Below are positions 39,138 to 48,088 of a stretch of DNA of 64,000 nt, piece after piece. This stretch comes from an uncultured Alphaproteobacteria bacterium. GTDB lineage: Bacteria > Pseudomonadota > Alphaproteobacteria > Sphingomonadales > Sphingomonadaceae. The stretch covers positions 4,669 to 68,668 of the forward strand of contig CAVVQF010000006.1 in assembly GCA_963750315.1 (NCBI GenBank), read 5' to 3'. Within the stretch, counting starts at the first letter, position 1. Each line of letters starts with the position of its first letter. The notes under the pieces are model-generated. The model worked only from the letters and a program-made list of their open reading frames with translations, did no database searches and was not told where the DNA came from. Made by a program: the position numbers and the translations under genes.

Positions 39138-39356
39138 TCAACCGCCTCCGACAAAACGGACGATCTCGAAATCGTCTCCGTCCTGAACCGCGACGTCGGC
39201 GAGCGTCGAACGCGGGACGACCTCAAGGTTGCGCTCGACCGCAACGCGCACGGGATCGAAGCCGATCTCCCGTACGAGTTCGGCGATGCTGATGCCTTCG
39301 TTCACTCGGCGATGCTCGCCATTGATGCGGACCTGGACTGTGTGATCGATCGTCAT
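39138..39356 (-). CDS. thiS: Sulfur carrier protein ThiS
   Basis: RINGE...VAVERNLEVVPRS...DGDDFEIVRFVGGG*. Confidence 0.93.
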   Translation of the reverse strand: MTIDHTVQVRINGEHRRVNEGISIAELVREIGFDPVRVAVERNLEVVPRSTLADVAVQDGDDFEIVRFVGGG

Positions 39357-39488
39357 TTTCGCAGGTTCAGATAGGAACGTCTGCCCTCTCGCGCAATTGA
39401 AGACAGGGCTGCTTTGACTGGACGCCGCCGCGTCAGGCGGTAAGACGCGGCGCAAACAGCCTGAGTGGGCGTGAATTAGGGGATTCGT

Positions 39489-39984
39489 ATGGCCGAGACC
39501 GGCAAGGGCGGCGCCGACAAGGGCGCTTCGATGCGCGTCGATACCGCCCTCGTGCGTGAGCTCGCGGAAATGCTGAGCGCGAACGACCTCAACGAGATCG
39601 AAGTCGAAGATGGCGATCGCAAGATCAAGGTCCGCCGAGATGCGCCGCACTCGTTTGTTGCTGCGCCTGCACAGGTCGCCGCTGCAGCTCCCGCAGCGGC
39701 CGCCGCCGCCGCGCCCGCTGCTGCCGCGGCTCCGGAAGAGGATGTCGGTGGCGAGGCGGTGAAATCGCCGATGGTCGGCACTGCCTTCATGTCGTCCGAG
39801 CCCGGTGCGAAGCCGTTCATCACCGTTGGACAAGACCGTCAAGGCTGGCGACACCTTGCTCATCGTCGAAGCGATGAAGGTGATGAATCCGATTACCGCA
39901 CCCAAGGCCGGCATCGTCAAGAAGATCAACGTCGCTGACGGCCAACCCGTCGAGTTCGACCAGTCGCTGGTGGTGCTCGGCTAA
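39489..39984 (+). CDS. accB: Acetyl-CoA carboxylase biotin carboxyl carrier protein (frameshift near 39830)
   Basis: Ala/Pro linker, VKSPMVGT, then EAMKVMN biotinylation motif in the next frame. Confidence 0.93.
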
Positions 39985-39987
39985 GTC

Positions 39988-41345
39988 ATGGCCATTCAAA
40001 AACTACTGATCGCGAACCGCGGCGAAATTGCGCTGCGTATCCATCGCGCTTGCCATGAGCTCGGCATCAAGACGGTCGCAGTGCACTCGACCGCCGACGC
40101 CGATGCGATGCACGTTCGGTTGGCGGACGAGACGGTCTGCATCGGTCCGCCCGCCGCTACCGATTCCTACCTCAATATCCCGAACATTATTTCGGCGGCC
40201 GAGATCGTGCACGCCGACGCGATTCACCCGGGCTACGGCTTCCTGTCCGAGAACGCGCAGTTCGCGGAGATCGTCGAGAGCCACGGCATCATCTGGGTCG
40301 GGCCGAAGCCCGAGCACATCCGGATCATGGGCGACAAGATCGAGGCGAAGCGAACCGCGGCCAAGCTCGGCCTTCCGCTCGTTCCGGGCTCCGCCGGCGC
40401 GTTGACCAGCGTCGCCGAGGCGCACGCCCTCGCCGAGGAAATCGGCTATCCGGTGCTGATCAAGGCGGCCTCGGGCGGCGGCGGGCGCGGGATGAAGGTC
40501 GTCCAGTCCGACGACCAGCTCGAGAGCATGATGAGCCAGGCGGCCGCCGAGGCGCGATCCGCGTTCGGCGACGACACCGTCTACATGGAAAAATATCTCG
40601 CCGACCCGCGACACATCGAATTCCAGGTGTTTGGCGACGGCGAGGGAGCAGCGATCCACCTCGGCGAGCGCGACTGCTCACTGCAGCGGCGCCACCAAAA
40701 GGTGCTCGAAGAAGCGCCCTCCCCGGTCATCACGCCGGAAGAGCGCGAGCGCATGGGCGAAATCGTCCGCAAGGCGATGAGTGACATGTCCTATCGCGGC
40801 GCCGGCACCATCGAGTTCCTCTACGAGAATGGCGAGTTCTACTTCATCGAGATGAACACCCGGCTGCAGGTCGAGCATCCGGTGACCGAGATGATCAGCG
40901 GCATCGACCTGGTGCGCGAGCAGATCCGCGTCGCTCAGGGCGAAGGCCTGTCATGCCGCAGGACCAGATCCATCTGCACGGCCACGCGATCGAGTGCCGC
41001 ATCAACGCCGAGGACCCGATGACCTTCGCGCCGTCGCCGGGCCTCGTGACGAATTTTGTCGCTCCGGGCGGCATGCACGTGCGCGTCGATAGCGGCCTCT
41101 ATACCGGCTACCGGGTGCCGCCTTACTACGACAGCATGATCGGCAAGCTGATCGTCTACGGCACCACGCGCGAGCGCTGCATCATGCGCCTCCGCCGAGC
41201 GCTGGAAGAGTTCGTGGTCGAAGGCATGAAAACCACCATCCCGCTCCATCAGGCTCTCGTCCGCGACGAAGAGTTCCTCCGCGGCGAATACACCATCAAG
41301 TGGCTTGAGCAGTGGCTGGAGAAGCAGCGCGTCGCTGCCGAGTAG
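39988..41345 (+). CDS. accC: Biotin carboxylase (frameshift near 40955)
   Basis: [65 protein letters not shown]. Confidence 0.96.
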
Positions 41346-41365
41346 TTGAGAGCTACTGACGCCCG

Positions 41366-41410
41366 AATGTCCGCTTTGCATGGACCCACAATGGGTCGAA
41401 AGCGGTCATT
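41366..41410. repeat. 45-bp imperfect nested palindrome
   Basis: AATGTCCGCTTT..GACCCA-CAA-TGGGTC.AAAGCGGTCATT. Confidence 0.6.
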
Positions 41411-41470
41411 ATGATCGCAGCATCCGAAAACTTTAAGCCATGATAGGCGTTGCTCATCGGGAACGCGTCG

Positions 41471-42178
41471 ATGGCCAGTTATACCGCCACTGCTCGGGAA
41501 GATCGCGCGAAGGCGCTTGCGGGCGTCGTTCTCGTGCACGTCGTGCTAGGCGCGGTGATCCTGACCGGGCTGAACGTCCATAGCGTCCGCCAAGTCGTCG
41601 AAAGTTTGAAGACGTTCGACATCAAGGAGCTGCCCCCGCCTCCTCCCGTTCCGCCTCCCCCGCAACCCAAGGCAGATCGCGCGAAGGAAGAGGAAGGCGC
41701 AGCCGGCAAGAAGGCCGAACCGACACCCGTCGTCGCTCCGAAGCCGGAGATCGTCGTCCCGGCCAAGCCGCCGGTCGTCGCTGCTCCCGTCGCCGGCCCG
41801 GGGAGCGCTGCGCAATCAGGGGCGGCCACCGCAGGAACCGGGCCGGGTGCGGGAGGCGCTGGGTCCGGCCGCGGAGGCGGCGGCTCGGGAGACTTCAGCG
41901 GCTACACGCCAGCCCGGCTGATCCGCAATCTCAACCGCGGCGACTATCGCGACCTGACGGGCGGGCGCCTGTCATTCGGACGGGCGATGCTGTCGCTCAA
42001 GCTCGATACGAGCGGAGTTCCGACGGAATGCCGCGTGACTCGATCCAGCGGGGACCCTTACGTCGATAGCGGCTTATGCCCCCTGATCTATCGCCGCCTT
42101 CGGTTTCGACCGGCGATGGACGCCGATGGCCGTCCGATCCCGTACCGCCTCGACTACGTCGCAGACTGGTCGCTTTGA
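41471..42178 (+). CDS. TonB-family energy transducer
   Basis: N-terminal TM with His, Pro-rich linker, C-terminus C.VTRSSG..VD..LC..I..RLRFRPA.DADGRP. Confidence 0.8.
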   Translation: MASYTATAREDRAKALAGVVLVHVVLGAVILTGLNVHSVRQVVESLKTFDIKELPPPPPVPPPPQPKADRAKEEEGAAGKKAEPTPVVAPKPEIVVPAKPPVVAAPVAGPGSAAQSGAATAGTGPGAGGAGSGRGGGGSGDFSGYTPARLIRNLNRGDYRDLTGGRLSFGRAMLSLKLDTSGVPTECRVTRSSGDPYVDSGLCPLIYRRLRFRPAMDADGRPIPYRLDYVADWSL

Positions 42179-42185
42179 ACGGGCC

Positions 42186-43557
42186 TTAGCGGGCGGCTGT
42201 TGCTGTTCCGCCGGCCCCTTGAGCAAGCTTGGCCTTATCGCGCCCGTAGACGTCATCGAGGAAAGCGACCTGCGAGCCGTCGGGCACCGCAGTTAGGTAG
42301 GTGATGTAAACTGGCACCGGCTTGGCGAGCGGCACTTCCTGCTCTGGCCCAGCGCCTTCCCAGGTCAGGTCCTTGTCGAACAGCCAGCGACTAAGGCGCC
42401 ATGCGGCTTCGAGCCGGACGCAGCCGCCGCTGTAGAGACGCGCCGCCTGCTCGAATAGCTCGCGTTCCGGATTGTCGTGCAGGTAAACGCCAGCCTCGTT
42501 GGGAAACATGAACTTGATCCGGCCCATCGAATTATAGGCCCCAGGCAGCTGGCGGATCAGAACTCTCTGCCTGCCATCGGCTACCGCCTTCCAGTCGATC
42601 GTCGTCGGATCGATGATTTGCGGGTCTTTTACGAAGTCCGAAACGACCTGGTAGCCCTGCCGCTGCAGATACGGCAGTCCGAGCTTCACGACGTTCGGAG
42701 CGATACGTTCGGCGGCGAGGTCGGCCGGTACGTACCAATAAGGGTTGAGGTTCGCGAAGCGGACGTAGGCGGCCATCATCGGCGTCGGATAGATCGGCTT
42801 GCCGACCACCACGCGCATCGAATCCACCACTTCCCTTTTGTCCATCATGAACAGCCGCTGCTGCGCCGCATTGACGAGTATGTAGCGGCCTGTCCCGGAC
42901 GGAAGCGCGCGAACGCGTTCCATGTTCACCCGGATCAGGTTCCGCTGCTCAGGCGTGTACGAACCGTTGGCCAGGGCTTGTCGCAACGGAGCGTAGAGCG
43001 GGTTCATCCACTGCATCTCGGCAACATATTGTTCGAGCGATGGCGCCTTGGACGCACGATCGAGGATGGTGAGCGGCGACGGCAGCCGTCATCTTGAGCT
43101 CCGGATCGACATACATGATGCCGACGTCGACGGGCGAGCGGAGGTCGCGTACGTAATCCGTCAGCGCCTGACTGAGCATCTGGTCTGCGCGGATGGTCGC
43201 TCGCTTGCTGTTCGAAGAACTCGCTCGCCGTACGACCTTTTCAAGGTCATCGACGTGATACTTGCCCGGATCCAACCCGTCCGCTTCTGCGCTCCGCAGA
43301 AGATCTAGCAGGACGGCAACCTGCCTGCCCTGCTGCGCGAACCAAAGCGGGCGGCCGCTGCGGACCGCGTAGAAATCGGAAACCCCGTGAACCCCGGCCG
43401 AGTAGAGCGGCACCGCTGCACTTTGCGCGTGAGCAGGGGAGGTAGGAAAGACAGCGGCGGTCGTCGCGAGCATCAAGGCCGCAACACCGCCGCTTGTCCT
43501 TGAAAGAATGCGCACCGGTCCGCGGGGACCGGCGCGCATCTCAATTGTACTCTTCAC
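42186..43557 (-). CDS. L,D-transpeptidase, YcbB/LdtD-like (frameshift near 43070)
   Basis: FYAVR..RPLW, DGLDP..Y, NMERVR, ILVNAA, MRVVVGK, NPYWYVP, QLPG..NSMG.IKFMFPN..VYLHD...SGGCVRL. Confidence 0.88.
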
Positions 43558-43572
43558 AATGTCTCCGGATAC

Positions 43573-44130
43573 TTATCCGCGCTCACCGGAGCGGGCCGGA
43601 GCCGTGTACGTCGGGGCCGGGGCAGCTGCCGGGGCACCGCTGTAGTACTGGCCGTTCGAGACGTAACCGTCGACGCGGCCGTCGTTATCGCGGTCGGCCC
43701 AGATCGCGCCGGCGACACCGCCGACGGCGGCACCGATCACCGCACCTTCGAGCAGGCTCACGCCCGGGATCACCGCACCGGCAACTGCGCCGAGCGCTGC
43801 CCCACCGAGAGCGCCGGTCGCGACGCGACGAAGCGTCGGGTCGTAGCCCTGCGGGGTTCCAGCGTAATACTGGCCGTTCGAGACGTAGCCATCGACGTAG
43901 CCGTCGTTGTTCTGGTCAGCCCAGACGCCACCGGCGAGGCCGCCGATCGCGGCGCCGACAGCGGCACCCTCGATCACGTTCACGCCCGGCACCACCGCGC
44001 CAACCGCTGCGCCGCCGGCTGCGCCGATCGCTGCACCCTGGGCGATATCGCCAGCCTGACGGCTGTCGGTCGCGCACGCGCTAAGCGAAACTGCGCTGGC
44101 CAGTACGACTGCCATGAATGTCTTTTGCAT
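43573..44130 (-). CDS. Glycine-zipper lipoprotein with an internal duplication
   Basis: Lipobox LSAC; two repeats of a Gly-zipper followed by WADx(N/D)NDGxVDGYVSNGQYY; ends SGERG. Confidence 0.85.
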   Translation of the reverse strand: MQKTFMAVVLASAVSLSACATDSRQAGDIAQGAAIGAAGGAAVGAVVPGVNVIEGAAVGAAIGGLAGGVWADQNNDGYVDGYVSNGQYYAGTPQGYDPTLRRVATGALGGAALGAVAGAVIPGVSLLEGAVIGAAVGGVAGAIWADRDNDGRVDGYVSNGQYYSGAPAAAPAPTYTAPARSGERG

Positions 44131-44215
44131 CGTTCTTCTCCCGATTGTTGATCTTCCGGACCATGCCTCCGGACCCGAGAAACCCCCGGCCAATGGTGCA
44201 TGTCACGCGCGAGGA

Positions 44216-44240
44216 AACGACGCTTACGCAACATCGTTCC
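44216..44240 (-). promoter_or_regulatory. EcfG/SigT general-stress promoter
   Basis: Minus strand GGAAC-GATGTTGCGTAAGCGT-CGTT = GGAAC-N16-CGTT, about 85 nt upstream of the lipoprotein start. Confidence 0.7.
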
Positions 44241-44332
44241 GGAAACGCGACAATGGCCGCGCGGCGGGACTGGACCGCGAAGGCCCGCGCCCGTAGCGAA
44301 ATCCGAGCTATTAACCACAGACTGACCGTAAC

Positions 44333-44680
44333 ATGAACGTAACGATCTACCACAACCCCCTTTGCGGCACTTCACGAAAGACCCTTGAAATCATTCGGGA
44401 AAAAATTGGCGAGCCGGAGATCGTGGAATATCTAAGGTCACCTCCGACCCGCGATGCGCTGAAAGCGATCTACGACAAGGCAGGCATCAGCCCTCGCGAC
44501 GGACTGCGTGCGAAAGAGCCGATCGCTGCGGAACTCGGGCTCACCCGAGACGACGTCAGCGACGACGAAATTCTGGACGCGATGATGGAGCATCCGATCC
44601 TCATCAATCGCCCCCTCGTGGTAACCGGCAAGGGTGCTCGGCTCTGCCGACCTCAAGATGTCGTCCGCGAAATCCTCTAG
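44333..44680 (+). CDS. arsC: ArsC family (glutaredoxin-type) arsenate reductase
   Basis: TIYHNP.CGTSR, EYL..PP, HPILINRP, ARLCRP. Confidence 0.88.
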   Translation: MNVTIYHNPLCGTSRKTLEIIREKIGEPEIVEYLRSPPTRDALKAIYDKAGISPRDGLRAKEPIAAELGLTRDDVSDDEILDAMMEHPILINRPLVVTGKGARLCRPQDVVREIL

Positions 44681-44720
44681 TTCCTGACAAGTCGCTGAAA
44701 GCGGCCCATATTCTCCTGCG

Positions 44721-45482
44721 ATGAGTCGCCTGGACCCGCGCCTGCTTCTTCAGGGTTATGCCGCCGGCATCTTCCCGATGGCCGACAGCCGCGAGGCATC
44801 CGAATTGTTCTGGGTCGAGCCACGCTCGCGCGCAGTCATTCCGCTCGACAAATTTCATCTTTCGCGGTCGCTCCGGCGGACGCTTCGGTCCGGTTTCTTC
44901 ACGGTTACGATGGACCGTGACTTTCCTGCGGTGGTTGGCGCCTGCGCGGACCGCGACGAGACCTGGATCAACGCCGACATCGAACGTGCGATGCTCGCGC
45001 TGCATGGCTCCGGCAACGCCCATTCGGTCGAGGTCTGGCACGACGGCAAACTCGTCGGAGGGCTCTACGGCGTGAAGCTCGGCCGGGCCTTCTTCGGTGA
45101 AAGCATGTTCAGCCGAACGACCGACGCATCGAAAGTCGCACTGGCGTGGCTCGTCGCGCGAATGAAGGCGGGTGGCTACACCCTGCTCGACTGCCAGTTC
45201 ATGACGTCCCACCTTGCCTCGCTCGGCGCAGTGAGCATTTCCCGCAAATCCTATGTGTCGTTGCTTGCAGGCGCGCTTGGCGGTGCAGGCGGCGGCGATG
45301 GCGTCGGCTCAGTCGCTGGTGCCCCTTCCGACGGCTCGGTGGCGGCGTCGACAGACGGTTCGGGCCGGCCGGCATCGCCCGATCTGCTAGCACTCGATCG
45401 GTTACTCGAGGCCACCGGCGCATCCGGCTCCGCGGCGGCCGAGGGATATGTCATCGCGCAACTCTTGGGCCAGACGTCGTAG
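44721..45482 (+). CDS. aat: Leucyl/phenylalanyl-tRNA--protein transferase
   Basis: [51 protein letters not shown]. Confidence 0.94.
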   Translation: MSRLDPRLLLQGYAAGIFPMADSREASELFWVEPRSRAVIPLDKFHLSRSLRRTLRSGFFTVTMDRDFPAVVGACADRDETWINADIERAMLALHGSGNAHSVEVWHDGKLVGGLYGVKLGRAFFGESMFSRTTDASKVALAWLVARMKAGGYTLLDCQFMTSHLASLGAVSISRKSYVSLLAGALGGAGGGDGVGSVAGAPSDGSVAASTDGSGRPASPDLLALDRLLEATGASGSAAAEGYVIAQLLGQTS

Positions 45483-45895
45483 ACCGGGTGCTCGACCACG
45501 TTCAGCGACGGCGATTCCTTGTAGACCCAGCCAGAGAAAACACGGCGCCAGCTTGAATCCGGCTGCTGCACGTCGAGTTGGATGAACGCGCCAGTGAGCT
45601 TTTCATTTTCCCAGGGCGCCGTCGTCTCGCAAGCGCGCAGGCGAATGATGGCGTTTTTCACCTGCACCGACTGGCCAGGCTTCAATGTAATGTCGCGGAC
45701 AATGCCGTTGCGTTTGTTGAGGAACCCGAGGACCGCGACGCGTTCCGCCATCGGGGTGACGCCCTCCTGCTTGCCCGGACCCGTGGCGGTCTTGGGGAGC
45801 GGCACTCGATTGCCTTCGTCGCCTTGCTGGCCGCGCCCGCAGGCCGCCACCAAAAGCAGCGCAAGCAAGGCACCAGTCGTCGCCAGGCGTTTCAC
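45251..45895 (-). CDS. DUF2155 domain lipoprotein
   Basis: Lipobox VAAC; [39 protein letters not shown]. Confidence 0.88.
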   Translation of the reverse strand: MKRLATTGALLALLLVAACGRGQQGDEGNRVPLPKTATGPGKQEGVTPMAERVAVLGFLNKRNGIVRDITLKPGQSVQVKNAIIRLRACETTAPWENEKLTGAFIQLDVQQPDSSWRRVFSGWVYKESPSLNVVEHPVYDVWPKSCAMTYPSAAAEPDAPVASSNRSSASRSGDAGRPEPSVDAATEPSEGAPATEPTPSPPPAPPSAPASNDT

Positions 45896-45897
45896 GC

Positions 45898-46282
45898 TCA
45901 GTCGGGCGTCCAGGGTTGGTAGTCGCCCGTCGAAGCGGGCCGGATCTGCTTCTTCGACAGGGAACCGTCTGGGCGGAATGCGGCCATGGTCCCGGTCGGA
46001 TTGACCTCAGGCGGCCGTTCGAACTTACGTTTGGGCGGCAGCGCTTTTTCCGGAAGCTCCGCAATCGTGCCCTTCAGCCACGCCTGCCAGTCCGGCGGCA
46101 CGCGGCTGCCGTCATTAGAGCCGTTGTAGATCACCCAGCGCGACGCCGGATTCTTCTTGCCCCGGTAGTAGACATTGCCGGCGTCGTCGCGTGCCGACCT
46201 TCTCGCCGTGGCGCCAGGTCCAGATGCCCGTGCCCCACGTCGCGCCGTTCCACCAGGTGAATGTCCGAGACCAGAAACCCAT
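45898..46282 (-). CDS. NADH:ubiquinone oxidoreductase NDUFA12-like subunit (frameshift near 46190)
   Basis: FTWWNGATWGT..GEKVG joins DDAGNVYY..RWVIYNG...SRVPPDW..WL..N.TGT..TGDYQPW.P. Confidence 0.9.
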
Positions 46283-46325
46283 GGCCCGCGCATCTGCCCG
46301 CTCGGCGCGGGATGCGCAAGCCAAG

Positions 46326-46790
46326 TCAGTGCTTCCAGGTGACCTTGTCGTTCGGCTTGATGCCAAGCTGCGCCGCCCGGCCGCCGGCGATTTCCAGCAC
46401 TGCTCCGACCGGCTCCAGAGATGGAATCGGATCGAGCGACATCGGCACGGCATTGTCCGCAATCCGGATGATCGACCCGTCGGGCCGGATGAAGACAAGA
46501 TCCAGCGGGATCAGTGTGTTCTTCATCCAGAAGCTGGCGTCCCCCGGCGGATCCCGCGGGAAGATCATCCCGCTGTTCGCATCCAGCGATTTCCTGAACA
46601 TCAAACCCTGGGCCTGTTGCTCTGCAGTTGCCGCAACCTCGACGGTGAAATCATGCTTCCCGCTTGCCGACGTAATCGTCAGCGGAATTTGTTCGAGCCC
46701 GGCGGGGGACTGTTCCAACGGAGCCTCGGATGTAGTGGTTGCCGACCCGCAGGCGCTGGTCGCGGCGATCGCCACGGCCGTCAGCGCTTG
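46326..46790 (-). CDS. DUF192 domain protein (in frame with the upstream cold-shock gene)
   Basis: FTVEVA...QQAQGLMFR..GMIF..FWMKNTLIPLD..FI..VLEIAGGRA..LGI; lipobox-like TSAC. Confidence 0.85.
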   Translation of the reverse strand, partial: QALTAVAIAATSACGSATTTSEAPLEQSPAGLEQIPLTITSASGKHDFTVEVAATAEQQAQGLMFRKSLDANSGMIFPRDPPGDASFWMKNTLIPLDLVFIRPDGSIIRIADNAVPMSLDPIPSLEPVGAVLEIAGGRAAQLGIKPNDKVTWKH

Positions 46791-46799
46791 GCCTAGCGA

Positions 46800-47393
46800 G
46801 TCCGATCGGAGCTCGACCGCGGTGAGGCCCTTCTTGCCCTCCGCAATGCGTGCCAGCACTCGTTGCCCGGGTTGAAGGTCCCCGACTTCCGAGTTCCGAA
46901 CCGTCTCCATATGGACGAATATGTCGTGCGATTCGGGATCCGAGGCCCGATTGACGAAACCATAGCCCTTTACGCGATTGAACCATTTCACCTCTACTGG
47001 CTCGAACTCACCGGCCGCTTCGGACAAAGCCTTACGGTCAACATCCTTGCTCGTCGAGCGTGCCGGACGGGGTTGCGCGACGACAGCTGATCCAACGTCG
47101 ATCGAGAGGACTCGTTTCGCCTGCAGACCGCGGTCGAGCTTCATCGGGACACATTCGACGATCGCGCCTTCGGGCAAACTGCGCCTGCCATGGTCGCGCA
47201 AAACGCTGAAATGGATGAGGATATCGCCATCGATGGCGTCGCTGACGAGGAAGCCAAAGCCTCTCGTCGCATCGAACCATTTTACATGGCCGATCACGGC
47301 TTCCATTTCGTCGGACGCGTCCGGAACGGCCTCGGCGACCGCCACGGGCTCCATTTCCGGCTCGGGTGCCGTTTCGGTTCTCTTGCGCTGCAC
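46800..47393 (-). CDS. Two-domain cold-shock protein
   Basis: VKWFDATRGFGF..DILIHFS and VKWFNRVKGYGF..DIFVHMETV. Confidence 0.88.
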
Positions 47394-47433
47394 CGAGCCT
47401 CACTAACATGTGTCAGAGTGTCGTTAAACCGAC

Positions 47434-47985
47434 TTAACGCCCTTTCTCAACGAGTTCGTCAAGGTCGATTTCACTTCCGGGCTCGGCATTCACCACTGCC
47501 TTGGCGATCTCGAACCCATGTCCGGCCCTGATCATCGCGGCAAGGGCCTTCTCCCGGCCGGCACGGTCAAGCGTGCTTTCCGCGAACGGGCCGATGCGTT
47601 TTCGTCGCGCAAACCGCAGGGCAGCGGAGGCTGCTTCGTCCGCCGCCAGCTGACGTGCCGCCTGCCCGTCGTCCTCATCGATGCCCGCAGCTCGAAGCGT
47701 CTGGCGGACCCGCGCTGCCCCGTAACCGCGCTCCGAAAGGGATCGCGATTTCGACAGAGCGTAGGATGCATCGTCCACGAGCCCGCTTGCCGAGAGCCTC
47801 TCCACAAGCCGTCCGACGTCCGGCGAATCCTCTCCCTCCCAGCCTCGCTCGCGCAGTTTACGTTTGAGGTAGGAAGTGAGCTTGGCGCGCGTCGTGGCGA
47901 ACTTGCCCACGTAGAAGAGCGCGAGCTCATGCAAGCGCTCTCCGTTCAGCGGCTTGGGCGGTCGGCGAGGCTTTCGGGCGTTCAT
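47434..47985 (-). CDS. recX: RecX family regulator
   Basis: LALFYV..FATT..KL..YL.RK, GLVDD..YA, RGYG..RV...L.AAGI, RFARRKRIGPF, RAGHGF. Confidence 0.85.
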   Translation of the reverse strand: MNARKPRRPPKPLNGERLHELALFYVGKFATTRAKLTSYLKRKLRERGWEGEDSPDVGRLVERLSASGLVDDASYALSKSRSLSERGYGAARVRQTLRAAGIDEDDGQAARQLAADEAASAALRFARRKRIGPFAESTLDRAGREKALAAMIRAGHGFEIAKAVVNAEPGSEIDLDELVEKGR

Positions 47986-48088
47986 TGGCCCAATTTGTGC
48001 CACACTCGCACACCATCACAAACCTGCTCGTAACCATACGGGCGCTCCAGCCGCGCCTTCGGGCGGGCATTATGACCAGGGTGACGGC

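Noticed and set aside
39356-39489. TPP riboswitch upstream of thiS-thiG
   Set aside because: No CUGAGA/CCUGA..GGGA core recognisable in the short divergent spacer.
39489-41345. accB/accC (and rpsA, ihfB, scoB, secE) as pseudogenes or programmed frameshifts
   Set aside because: These genes are essential or highly conserved and otherwise intact. Indels are scattered with no common slippery motif, consistent with sequencing error.
47424-47437. TTAA-N6-TTAA upstream of the cold-shock gene as a CtrA site
   Set aside because: Spacing is 6 rather than 7, and one half overlaps the recX stop codon.
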